Part shown: piece by piece, positions 17,839-25,827 of the stretch
Position numbering within the stretch: position 1 is the stretch's first letter
Layout: every line of letters starts with the position of its first letter
Origin: a virus
Lineage: Duplodnaviria; Caudoviricetes
Strand: one strand, 5' to 3'
IMG/VR virus record: IMGVR_UViG_3300020044_004660
Location: 1 to 27,381 of that record
DNA: 27,381 nt
The notes under the pieces: model-generated
What the model was told of the DNA's origin: nothing
Databases searched by the model: none
The model's input: the letters and a program-made list of their open reading frames with translations, nothing else
Translations under genes and position numbers: made by a program

Positions 17839-18219
17839 TTAACAATAAATTGAATGTCTAACTAAAGACATTCCAGCTGTTAGGACAGAATCTTTCAAGA
17901 GTTGCAATCGCATCTCAGGGGTGTAGTGCACCCACTGTCCGTTGTAGTAGCCGCTAAGATTAGGCGCTGACGTATTGCTCAGACCTAACTTAACGACTAG
18001 CTCTGCATCTTTCCCTGTTGGGTTAGAGTAGTTAATGTCTTTGGCTTCAACTTGGTGAATGACTTTCATCCCCGCCAAGGGAAACTTAAAGAGTTGATCG
18101 AACGAACCTATGCGGAGCATGACCATGGTTACTTTGTACAGCACCGCAGTCTTTGCTCTCGCCTCATTAAATTGTTGTTCGGTTATGACCCGATTAAGAC
18201 TCGAGTTCGAAGTGGACAT
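17839..18219 (-). CDS. Hypothetical protein (about 126 aa)
   Basis: Fills the gap on the coding strand; start moved to ATG 18219 to reduce overlap with the vWA gene. Confidence 0.6.
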   Translation of the reverse strand: MSTSNSSLNRVITEQQFNEARAKTAVLYKVTMVMLRIGSFDQLFKFPLAGMKVIHQVEAKDINYSNPTGKDAELVVKLGLSNTSAPNLSGYYNGQWVHYTPEMRLQLLKDSVLTAGMSLVRHSIYC

Positions 18220-19306
18220 TTTCACCATAGGGGGCTTCAACGTCACTGCTGATACACCACACAACTGGATAGCTAGGTGCTTCACCAAAGTCTGTATAGC
18301 CATCAGTCAAGCATACAAACACATCGGGGTCGATGCCTTCATTTGCACAGTAGTCAAAGCCTGCAGGCATGTGTGTGCCACCGCCTGAGTAGAAGTGCAA
18401 GGCAACTTCTTCGCCGCATTCAAACACTTCATGCTTAACTACGTTAGTGTCGGTATACAAGACATGAACCTTGGATGGTCTGCACTGCTCGACGATGCGT
18501 GATAGGTGACCATTGTAGTGATCAAGCTCAACCTGAGACACAGAACCAGATACGTCGACTTGCACAACAAGCTCACCCATCTGCGGCAACTTGTCTACAC
18601 TTGGCAAGTACACATCAGCAAACCTACGATTGGGTCTGCGCCATGATTGATTCTGCCTGACCTGCGCTACGCAATGCTTCTCGAGAATCTCATACCAAGG
18701 AGTCTTGGATTCAAGCATACCTGCGACCAAGTCCTGTAACTTAGCGGATAACTTACCGCGCATCTTGGCGGCTTGAGCTGCTTCAGCGATCTCGACTTTG
18801 ATTTGACCCTGCATTTCACGAATCTCATCAGGAGTCATCTCACGTCCACCATCACCATAGATCACATCGTCACCAGTGCCATCATTGGGAGGACCATCAC
18901 CGCCTTCGTTACCATCGGGCAACTCATCATAGATAGTCTCGACTGTCTTATCTTTGGAGCCCTTGATATCCACACAGTTGGGAATACGCTGACCAATACC
19001 GCTATCGTCTAGCATATCGTTAATCCATGCGTCACCTGCATAGTTCCACTTCTTAGGGTTGCGACTACCGAGACGCAGTGCGTGCTGACCCATAACGTGA
19101 CCAACTTCGTGACATAGACCCCACACTAGTTGCGGTACTTCAAGCTTGTCAATGAAGTCAGGGTTGTAATAGATACGTGCCTTGCCATCGACTGCCAGTG
19201 TCGGGATATCACGTGTCTCAACCATGGGGCGTTTGAGTAGGATGCTTGCCCAGAATGGATGGTCAAGTACGATTTGCGCTTTGGCTTTGTCTAATTTAGT
19301 TGCCAT
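18194..19306 (-). CDS. Zincin metallopeptidase + vWA domain protein (DUF2201-like)
   Basis: PTLAVDG..IYYNPDF...LCHEVGHV...WNYAGD..IN; acidic Gly linker; WRRPNRRF...YLPS; MIDAS DVSGS...GGGT...TDG. Confidence 0.88.
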   Translation of the reverse strand: MATKLDKAKAQIVLDHPFWASILLKRPMVETRDIPTLAVDGKARIYYNPDFIDKLEVPQLVWGLCHEVGHVMGQHALRLGSRNPKKWNYAGDAWINDMLDDSGIGQRIPNCVDIKGSKDKTVETIYDELPDGNEGGDGPPNDGTGDDVIYGDGGREMTPDEIREMQGQIKVEIAEAAQAAKMRGKLSAKLQDLVAGMLESKTPWYEILEKHCVAQVRQNQSWRRPNRRFADVYLPSVDKLPQMGELVVQVDVSGSVSQVELDHYNGHLSRIVEQCRPSKVHVLYTDTNVVKHEVFECGEEVALHFYSGGGTHMPAGFDYCANEGIDPDVFVCLTDGYTDFGEAPSYPVVWCISSDVEAPYGENVHFELES

Positions 19307-19308
19307 GA

Positions 19309-19872
19309 TTAACCTTTTACTTCGTTGAATATAAATACTTCATTGCGATCAACTGCATCACAAATCCGTTTCGCTTTGTCCAAGTCTTCTTGGCTTCTTA
19401 TTAGTGGGGTAATCTCTCGTGCCTTCCTCGCATTGATTAGATTGAAGAAGTGGTAGTCATATGCGTGTTTCTCAAACAGCTTCTCTATTTCGTTAGAAAC
19501 AGATTCAGACCTATGCTTCATCCATGTTAGACCTGCATCAGGATTGTTCATACGATATGCCGCAAAGTCACCCATGATGAGTTCATGTATCTGATTTACT
19601 TGTGTGGGAGTTAAGTTCTCACCTTTGGCATCGTTGGTCCCGTACTCTCTGCGAATCTGCATACCGTATTTTTCTGCCAGTCCCTTGGCTAAAGGTACAG
19701 CCACCGATGAGTAGCCGCCTCGTGCCACGCCTTCCATAATCATGCGCTTGACTGAGTTCTTCATCCTAACAGTCCAGTGTGCTGGGTTTAAAGTAGTAGT
19801 GATCTCAGCCCCAGGTAGCTTACTGAGTCGGGCAACATCCCAGTAGTTCATGCTTTGGTTGTGTATTGTCAT
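19309..19872 (-). CDS. Hypothetical protein (187 aa)
   Basis: ATGA-coupled to the upstream gene; ends 2 nt before the vWA gene start. Confidence 0.7.
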   Translation of the reverse strand: MTIHNQSMNYWDVARLSKLPGAEITTTLNPAHWTVRMKNSVKRMIMEGVARGGYSSVAVPLAKGLAEKYGMQIRREYGTNDAKGENLTPTQVNQIHELIMGDFAAYRMNNPDAGLTWMKHRSESVSNEIEKLFEKHAYDYHFFNLINARKAREITPLIRSQEDLDKAKRICDAVDRNEVFIFNEVKG

Positions 19873-20078
19873 TTGGTTTCCTTAAGTTGTATGACTTCGA
19901 TTGTGTCTTTTGCGTTTCGCTCAACCTTGAATTCGTTGTCAGCGACACCTGCGATGATGCGTGATAGGTGCCAAAGAACTTCATCCTTGGCTTCGTTGCG
20001 GATACGTTCCCTGAAATACATGATTGCTATACCAAGGAACGCACCGAATAGTATGAGTTCAAAATCTGAGAGCATCAT
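19869..20078 (-). CDS. Small protein with an N-terminal transmembrane helix (69 aa)
   Basis: FELILFGAFLGIAIMYF followed by a charged tail; ATGA overlaps at both ends. Confidence 0.7.
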   Translation of the reverse strand: MMLSDFELILFGAFLGIAIMYFRERIRNEAKDEVLWHLSRIIAGVADNEFKVERNAKDTIEVIQLKETK

Positions 20079-20977
20079 GGTTGTCCGTACAGTGCACCCA
20101 TCTGCTGTGCAATGTAGTCAAGCTTCTTAGCGGCTTGTTCACGAACGATTGGTGATTCACGCAGTACTTCCTTGTTGTCAGAGAACAGTTTCACTGCATC
20201 TCCAATCACGCGGGCCATCTCAACTACGTCAGTATCTCCACCAACATTGAGACGTTTAGCCATCTCGACACCTTCAATGACGTTCTGTATTGCTGAGTCC
20301 CTGAAGATCGCACCATCAGTTCCAATGGGCTTGTTCAGTTTCTCGACTAAGTGCTTGAGTGGCTCCATCATTTTCTTAATGACTTCACTACGAGCACGAA
20401 CAGCAACATCATTCATTGATGCCTCGAACACTTGCTTATCTTCATCACTGATATCGAATAAGAAGTGGCTTGCTTGTGGCAGTGGGGTAAAGCGCAGATC
20501 ATGTCCAATGCGTGCTTGGAATTCTTCAGCAGTTGGATAGTCTGATGCGCTTGGTGCGATGTACTTGCTAGGTTTAACCTTGCCTGTATCGGCCAGCAGT
20601 CTTGACTGCACATCAAGCTGTACATACGTGTCGTAGTTAGGCATCAACAATGCCATCATCGAGTCAACTTTTGCCATGAGGCCACGCATGTTTTGTGTGT
20701 AGTCAAAGTATTGCTCGTTAGGCAGAAGCCTTGGTCCCTTGTCAATGTACGGCAGTGTGTGCGTTTTGTGATAGGTGTATATTTCACTAGCTTGCGCTAG
20801 TAACCTACTGATTGGATTGCTAGGGTCACGAAACAATTTCTTGTTCACGACGAATGCGGTGTCACCCAATTCAGATTGCAGATACTCCTCTGCCATCATG
20901 TCACGTGTGGACAGGTTGGCTCTGCGTGTGGTCAGCTTGACCAACATGGCTTTATCAGCCAGTGATGTTACTTGCAT
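20075..20977 (-). CDS. DUF3150-like protein (300 aa)
   Basis: AMLVKLT...VNKKLF...HKTHTLPYIDKGPRLLP...YPT.EE...IFRDS...LRESPIVRE; GAGGAG RBS. Family from recall. Confidence 0.6.
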   Translation of the reverse strand: MQVTSLADKAMLVKLTTRRANLSTRDMMAEEYLQSELGDTAFVVNKKLFRDPSNPISRLLAQASEIYTYHKTHTLPYIDKGPRLLPNEQYFDYTQNMRGLMAKVDSMMALLMPNYDTYVQLDVQSRLLADTGKVKPSKYIAPSASDYPTAEEFQARIGHDLRFTPLPQASHFLFDISDEDKQVFEASMNDVAVRARSEVIKKMMEPLKHLVEKLNKPIGTDGAIFRDSAIQNVIEGVEMAKRLNVGGDTDVVEMARVIGDAVKLFSDNKEVLRESPIVREQAAKKLDYIAQQMGALYGQP

Positions 20978-21393
20978 TTTTGCTCCTCAGTTAATAATGG
21001 AAAACCTGATGTGGCTTCCCCTACTTCAATTGAACGATTGATGTATACATCAGTTGGGTCATCCCCAAATCTGTCTATCTCAACATCGTTCTCCTCCTCA
21101 CCAACATGGACACGAGTTCCCGATAATGCAGGGTTCTCTTTCCAATGTGACCATAGACGTTCTAGCCAACTAATATCTCCGTAACTTGAGTACCATTTCC
21201 AGCCCTCAAATTCAAACTTGATATAGCCAGCTATTGTGTCGTTGTGTCTAGCTTTGTACACTTCAAATAGACTGAAATCCATGTCCAATTCCCCCGCAGG
21301 GGATGGAATGTTCATTCGTGCACTCACCATTGCGGCAGTTATCTCTTCGACAGTACCGCGTATCAGCCATATGCCATCAGTTCGGTATCCCAT
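20968..21393 (-). CDS. Hypothetical phage protein (MGYR-type N-terminus, 141 aa)
   Basis: MGYRTD...GWKWYSSY...RVHVGEEENDVE; ATG 21393 preferred to GTG 21402. Confidence 0.7.
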   Translation of the reverse strand: MGYRTDGIWLIRGTVEEITAAMVSARMNIPSPAGELDMDFSLFEVYKARHNDTIAGYIKFEFEGWKWYSSYGDISWLERLWSHWKENPALSGTRVHVGEEENDVEIDRFGDDPTDVYINRSIEVGEATSGFPLLTEEQKCK

Positions 21394-21408
21394 TTTTTCC
21401 ACCTTGTA

Positions 21409-22413
21409 TCAGAGTAAGACGTTGGCATTTTTCACAGCCCACTGCATGAATGCCTTGGTGTTGCGAATCTCAGGCTTGAGCTTCTGTGCATCGAAGATAC
21501 ACATCACTTGGAAGTCAGGGGTCAAGCGGTCAACATACTCAGCGACACGATCAAAGTTGTCCTTAGATACCTTGTGTGCCAATGCACCAGTTAACGCATA
21601 CAGTACCGCAGGGTCAGTTGGTACAGGCGCTTTGGATGGGTTCATCAAGATACTCTCGATGTTGGGCAAGTTCTCAAAGATACGCTTGAAGCCAGTGTAC
21701 TCAGCTGCCGCACCTTCACCGACACAGCCTGCGATGTTCTCGTAGTACAGTGCAGATGGAAGCCCAGTGTCCACCTCATTGGCAAACTCCCAAGTCCGTG
21801 GTGTTGGATTGATGTTGCGGTTGGGGTCGAAGTCAGACAACAGATTGGGCTTGAACCTGAGGAACTGAATCATCTCTACTGCGATGTTGTTCTCCAATGC
21901 CCATGCACACCAGTCGTCTAGGTTCTCGTCATACTGCAACTCTTGCATACGATTGGATAGCTTGGTAGTCATGCGGTTAGCACCAGACTTGTCTGCTGTA
22001 CGATTACCTGATGCAATGATGTGTAGCTTAGGGTGCAGTGCAAGCTCACCAGCATACTTGTCCAAGATCACACGACACATTGGGTTCTGCATCGGTTGGG
22101 GTGCATCTGACAACTCCTCGACAATCAATGCACAGGGTTGGTCAGTCCCATCGTCACGAATACGATAGAACTCAGGCATTGGTATCCACTTGGCTACATC
22201 GTTGTCAGTACGAGGCACACCCATAATGTCCACAGGGTCACGCAATGATGGATTGAACTCCGTTACGCGGTCAGGTGAGATGCCAAGTTCCATGATGATG
22301 TCACGACACAAGGCAGACTTACCGCCGCCTGGTTTGCCAGTGATATAGGGAACAAGTCGGTTACCCTTGGCGAAGTTAGCTAGGGCAGATGTTTTAATAT
22401 CTGAATATTTCAT
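21409..22413 (-). CDS. MoxR-like AAA+ ATPase
   Basis: Walker A GKPGGGKS; DPVDIMGVP; Walker B LIVEE; sensor 1 ASGNR; Arg finger LSNR; sensor 2 PTPRTWE. Confidence 0.88.
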   Translation of the reverse strand: MKYSDIKTSALANFAKGNRLVPYITGKPGGGKSALCRDIIMELGISPDRVTEFNPSLRDPVDIMGVPRTDNDVAKWIPMPEFYRIRDDGTDQPCALIVEELSDAPQPMQNPMCRVILDKYAGELALHPKLHIIASGNRTADKSGANRMTTKLSNRMQELQYDENLDDWCAWALENNIAVEMIQFLRFKPNLLSDFDPNRNINPTPRTWEFANEVDTGLPSALYYENIAGCVGEGAAAEYTGFKRIFENLPNIESILMNPSKAPVPTDPAVLYALTGALAHKVSKDNFDRVAEYVDRLTPDFQVMCIFDAQKLKPEIRNTKAFMQWAVKNANVLL

Positions 22414-22497
22414 GTTTTGCTTTCATTAAGTTGTGCCCGAGGGCGTTGATGTACGCACAAGTTCTACGCTTGTGTTCCAAATAATAGGGGAGTTGAG

Positions 22498-22561
22498 GCT
22501 CACGACGTGAGCTCTAGGTGGCTCACTAATTTTTAGTGAGCGGACCAGTTGGACCAGTTGG
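22498..22561. repeat. Two palindromes sharing GCTCAC/GTGAGC arms, followed by tandem GGACCAGTT x2
   Basis: GCTCAC-GAC-GTGAGC (22498-22512); GCTCACTAA-TTT-TTAGTGAGC (22521-22541); GGACCAGTT at 22542-22550 and 22551-22559. Confidence 0.75.
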
Positions 22562-22563
22562 CC

Positions 22564-22851
22564 CTAGTGACTTCGATCAAACCTGCGCTTGACTTGCATC
22601 AGGTCCCATTGCTCATTAAGTGCAGTCAAAACTTCAAGGTATGCAAGTTGATTGCGTTGTTCTTCTTGCATTCGCGTTATGGTCGCCAGTACAGCAGATC
22701 GAGCATCAAAACCGCTATCGCTAGTATTACTGCTACTCGCTCGATTTTCTCCCATGTTGTGTGCATGATTGTCTTTCGTGATAGGTGATGTTATTCGTGC
22801 TTTTGCTTTGGCACGCTCGTTTTGCTCATACTGCTCTGCTCGTCTGCTCAT
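22564..22851 (-). CDS. Hypothetical protein (95 aa)
   Basis: ATGA overlap with the upstream gene; helical C-terminus. Confidence 0.6.
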   Translation of the reverse strand: MSRRAEQYEQNERAKAKARITSPITKDNHAHNMGENRASSSNTSDSGFDARSAVLATITRMQEEQRNQLAYLEVLTALNEQWDLMQVKRRFDRSH

Positions 22852-23216
22852 GAGTACTTTCGCAATGTCCTAATGAATGAGTCTCTTTCACGCTCGTTGA
22901 TGTATATCAATTTGACTGTTATGCCTTTGGCTTCCATGGCGTTTATGAATGTGCTCATGTCGCAGTCTTCCTCTAGATACACGTCATCCCCTTTTATATA
23001 AGAGTAACGACTGATTTTATCTTGAATGCCAAGTTCGACAAGTTCGTCTAGCTTGACTTGTAACCAGCCGTGGCCTGGATCAGAGTAGAATTTGTATGTA
23101 AGTGATGTGAGTGTGTTCATGTTAGTCCTTAGTGTGTGTCGTGCATCGATTCGACTGGCAAACCATTTGCTCAGCCGTTGTATTTCATAGCCTTCGCATT
23201 CATCCTGCATTAGCAT
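22848..23216 (-). CDS. Conserved phage hypothetical protein (DPGHGW...YLEEDCD); alternative internal start at 23120
   Basis: FYSDPGHGWLQV...ISRYSY...VYLEEDCD; AAGGA RBS before ATG 23120; the upstream ATG at 23216 overlaps the previous gene end. Confidence 0.7.
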   Translation of the reverse strand: MLMQDECEGYEIQRLSKWFASRIDARHTLRTNMNTLTSLTYKFYSDPGHGWLQVKLDELVELGIQDKISRYSYIKGDDVYLEEDCDMSTFINAMEAKGITVKLIYINERERDSFIRTLRKYS

Positions 23217-23424
23217 TGATATCTTCCTCTTGTAATGGTGGTAACGCAGTTGCCAATTGCATCATTGTCATTACACCTTGCATAGTTTCATATGTTTCAC
23301 AGCCCATGCATGGGTTGCAAAACCCATAAGGTTTGCCTTCCTCGTTGTAATAAACTTCTTGTAGACAGTACCAATCGTTACCGTCATTCTCAGATTTAAC
23401 ATTTACGATTCGATAGTTCCACAT
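23200..23424 (-). CDS. Hypothetical phage protein (MWNYRIV-type, 74 aa)
   Basis: GGAGG RBS 6 nt before ATG 23424; WNYRIV...LQEVYYNEEGKP. Confidence 0.75.
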   Translation of the reverse strand: MWNYRIVNVKSENDGNDWYCLQEVYYNEEGKPYGFCNPCMGCETYETMQGVMTMMQLATALPPLQEEDINANAG

Positions 23425-23623
23425 TGAATGCCTCCATAGCGTTGCGTAATTCATCCCATGATGGGAAACGTTTGTATGTATCGTAGTATCGCCATTCGTC
23501 ACAGGTGACACACCCTGCTTCATAGGATTTGCATCGCTTGCCTTGGCTACTGCGCAAGAACTTGAATCCTTCGATGACTACGTACTTACTCTTGGCTCGT
23601 TTGCGTATGTCACGTACTTTCAT
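23396..23623 (-). CDS. Hypothetical protein with a Cys cluster (75 aa)
   Basis: RCKSYEAGCVTCDEW; ATGA overlap and AAAGGA RBS. Confidence 0.7.
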   Translation of the reverse strand: MKVRDIRKRAKSKYVVIEGFKFLRSSQGKRCKSYEAGCVTCDEWRYYDTYKRFPSWDELRNAMEAFNVELSNRKC

Positions 23624-23877
23624 TTAATGAGTCCTTTCTCATACATTTGTTTGAGCATTGATGAATGGATAATTGAGTAGCCAAGTTCGGTACCTCTGGC
23701 ATTCATCCACAGGGCTTCGCCTTGCAAGGAGAAATCGAACTGCCCTTCGTGATAACAGCAATGGGTTACTGCCGTTGTGTATGTCATGCCTGAGTCAAAC
23801 CATGTGCCATCAGGTGCTACGCACCCATAGAAGTTGTCGGTCGAGTGCATTCGATTGAATTCTTCCCATGTTTGCAT
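23620..23877 (-). CDS. Hypothetical protein (85 aa)
   Basis: GGGAGG RBS; TAATG coupling to the upstream gene. Confidence 0.7.
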   Translation of the reverse strand: MQTWEEFNRMHSTDNFYGCVAPDGTWFDSGMTYTTAVTHCCYHEGQFDFSLQGEALWMNARGTELGYSIIHSSMLKQMYEKGLIK

Positions 23878-24098
23878 TATTTGCCTCCCTTGTGGCTTGA
23901 GTTGAGATTGACGAGTAGCGACATGTCAGTCACTACGATGTAGTTTGATTTGGGCATAGGCACGATTGTGTGCTTCTGCTTCTTGGCTAGCTTCTCGCCA
24001 CAAGCCATGCAGGTCGGGCGTGATAGGTGTTTGCGTTGTGGTTCGACACGCACTGCGTAACAATGCGTGCATATAGGTAAGTGATAGTCTTCACTCAT
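23877..24098 (-). CDS. Zinc-finger protein (73 aa)
   Basis: CTHC...CMACGE...HTIVPMPKSNY; TGATG coupling. Confidence 0.75.
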   Translation of the reverse strand: MSEDYHLPICTHCYAVRVEPQRKHLSRPTCMACGEKLAKKQKHTIVPMPKSNYIVVTDMSLLVNLNSSHKGGK

Positions 24099-24265
24099 CA
24101 GTTATCCCAGTTCTCAAAGATGCAGATTGCCATGCCGCCAGCACAGAAGCCTGAGAACATGAGCAGTAAGTTAGTTAGCAGTGTGGAGTAGTTGTCTGAC
24201 CAACCAAGGAATGCGCAGATGAGGAAGCCTGCAGTGAAGCCAATGGCGTAGATGATGTTCATCAT
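24098..24265 (-). CDS. Small membrane protein with two predicted TM helices (55 aa)
   Basis: AGGAG RBS before ATG 24265; IIYAIGFTAGFLICAFLGW and LLTNLLLMFSGFCAGGMAICIF. Confidence 0.7.
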   Translation of the reverse strand: MMNIIYAIGFTAGFLICAFLGWSDNYSTLLTNLLLMFSGFCAGGMAICIFENWDN

Positions 24266-24266
24266 G

Positions 24267-24557
24267 TTAGTAACTCCTAACTTGGTTGTAATATTGACGA
24301 ACTGCGGTTTCAGGGTCGTCCGCATCCATTGGGTTGTCAGTCCCATGGAATTCAAACACGTATGGTTTGTCGTCAAGTGCATCGGTATAGTTGGGCTCAA
24401 TAATGAGTGAGTCCATTTCCAAGTACATCAGATGAGTGTGTGCCATGATAGGTGTTGCTCCGTTTTGTTGAATGAGTAAGTGAACGTGATGTTGTGAGGC
24501 TGACTGATGGGTTAAGGGTTCGCCAAGCCCAAGCTGTCCATGAACTATTGCGTTCAT
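24267..24557 (-). CDS. Hypothetical protein (96 aa)
   Basis: Coding-strand ORF ending 1 nt before the next start; weak RBS. Confidence 0.55.
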   Translation of the reverse strand: MNAIVHGQLGLGEPLTHQSASQHHVHLLIQQNGATPIMAHTHLMYLEMDSLIIEPNYTDALDDKPYVFEFHGTDNPMDADDPETAVRQYYNQVRSY

Positions 24558-24582
24558 AACCCGCCCCGAGGATTCAGTGTGT

Positions 24583-24926
24583 TGAATATTCCGACAATAT
24601 TCTGTCGTGCGTGATGCGTGGAATATTCATGTTAGTGGTTCCTTACCTACGAGTCTGTGTGGTTGACACGTATTTCAGGTGCTGTATGGATATACAGGTA
24701 GAATATTCAAATATTCTGTGAAAGTCTGAGGGTCAGACAGGTTTGATGAGATATATGTGTAATGAGATCATTAGACACATTGTGTTGGCACGAACACGCT
24801 CACGTGTGTGTGCATTATTTATATAGAATATTTGAATATTTGAAAATTCAATTAAGATTGGTCAATAAAATCAACAACTTATGAATTTTCCAGACAATAT
24901 TCCGTGGCAACCACACGGAATATTCA
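24583..24926. repeat. Non-coding array of GAATATTC-like octamers in nested inverted arrangement; putative replication origin
   Basis: Octamers start at 24584, 24595, 24621, 24701, 24709, 24826, 24834, 24842, 24883, 24895 and 24918. AT-rich core at about 24815-24890; no ORF in the track. Confidence 0.65.
24869..24881 (+). promoter_or_regulatory. IHF-binding consensus site
   Basis: AATCAACAACTTA matches WATCAANNNNTTR and has an AT-rich tract 5' of it. Confidence 0.5.
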
Positions 24927-25136
24927 TTTCACACGAAAAGTCTTGGTTGCGTGCGTGGCTTTGCGATACTTGGTGTGTCGTGTTGGGTTAGATGAATGTA
25001 GCGCAGTAAGCCTACAGTTGGCAGATCGGTACGGCTCAGGCGGCAAGCCGCCTTGAACCTTCCGACCGACTTCGCCATCACGAAGTCGGGGCATTGGGGC
25101 AATTGATACACCCCGTGGCAAGATATGAGTTGACAT
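24924..25136 (-). CDS. Small basic hypothetical protein (70 aa)
   Basis: TAATG coupling with the upstream gene; Arg/Lys/Pro-rich. Confidence 0.5.
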   Translation of the reverse strand: MSTHILPRGVSIAPMPRLRDGEVGRKVQGGLPPEPYRSANCRLTALHSSNPTRHTKYRKATHATKTFRVK

Positions 25137-25540
25137 TAAGCTTCAAGCACGTCAGATGTGTTGGACTCAATGATGCGCTCAACCAAGTTGAACATGAAAG
25201 CCTTTTGACCTTTAAGTTCAGTACCCTTCAAGAGTACAGCAGACTGCACAGCAGAACACAAGCTGATCAAGTTGTCACGATTCATTGGACCTGATGCAGG
25301 GATCAAACCAATTACATATGGCTGAGCTGATTTAGGAACTAAAGTATCGACAATGTCACGAGCCAATGGACGGAATTGACCATTAGACAGTTGCTTCAAG
25401 TAGATTGCATTAGCCAAACCCTTGCGTGATGCAGAGTCAGCGAAGGCAATCGCACGAGCCAGTGAGCCAGTTTTCTCGGGCTTTTTCACGGACATAGTGA
25501 ACGAAGCATTAGCGTCAATGATTGCGATTTCGGTGGACAT
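25136..25540 (-). CDS. Hypothetical protein, first gene of the early arm (134 aa)
   Basis: GGAG RBS before ATG 25540 (MSTEIAII). The longer ORF-track start runs through an RNA hairpin. Confidence 0.75.
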   Translation of the reverse strand: MSTEIAIIDANASFTMSVKKPEKTGSLARAIAFADSASRKGLANAIYLKQLSNGQFRPLARDIVDTLVPKSAQPYVIGLIPASGPMNRDNLISLCSAVQSAVLLKGTELKGQKAFMFNLVERIIESNTSDVLEA

Positions 25541-25565
25541 AGATTTCTCCAATAAGTGAGTTTCG

Positions 25566-25702
25566 TGGAATACACTACACCATGTAATGCACTCCATAAA
25601 ACCGCCTCCCACACTTTTGCCATTCGTGTGTTTAGACCATGCCCATAGGGTTTAGGTCATAGAAGCGGATTTCACCGAGCAGTTACTTCACCCAAACTGC
25701 TA
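25566..25702 (-). ncRNA. Structured 5' leader RNA of the early arm
   Basis: 14-bp hairpin with G-U pairs (25566-25596); stem CCGCTTCT/GGAGGCGG (25661-25668 with 25602-25609) enclosing GACC/GGTC and CACAC/GTGTG; hairpin AGCAGTT/AACTGCT. Folded by eye. Confidence 0.45.
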
Positions 25703-25815
25703 AAACGCTATTAAATTTTTAATGATCGACCGCATTGCATAACTTACTTGATAGACCTAGGCATCGATAGCGTGAGCCATGACGCACGAAGGGCATATAA
25801 ATTAGACAATGTTGC

Positions 25816-25827
25816 TTGTTAAAGAGC
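25816..25827 (-). promoter_or_regulatory. boxA antitermination element GCTCTTTAACAA
   Basis: Matches the rrn-type boxA core GCTCTTTAACA, oriented with the early arm and within its leader. Confidence 0.65.

Noticed and set aside
6384-23858. Many + strand ORFs opposite the early arm (e.g. 8666-9184, 21236-21745), and - strand ORFs within 432-5179 and 25960-27232
   Set aside because: They are antisense shadows of well-supported genes, with no recognisable motifs or operon coupling.
24583-24926. Repeat array as a CRISPR or mini-CRISPR
   Set aside because: Units are only 8 bp, irregularly spaced and in inverted arrangement, with no constant-length spacers.
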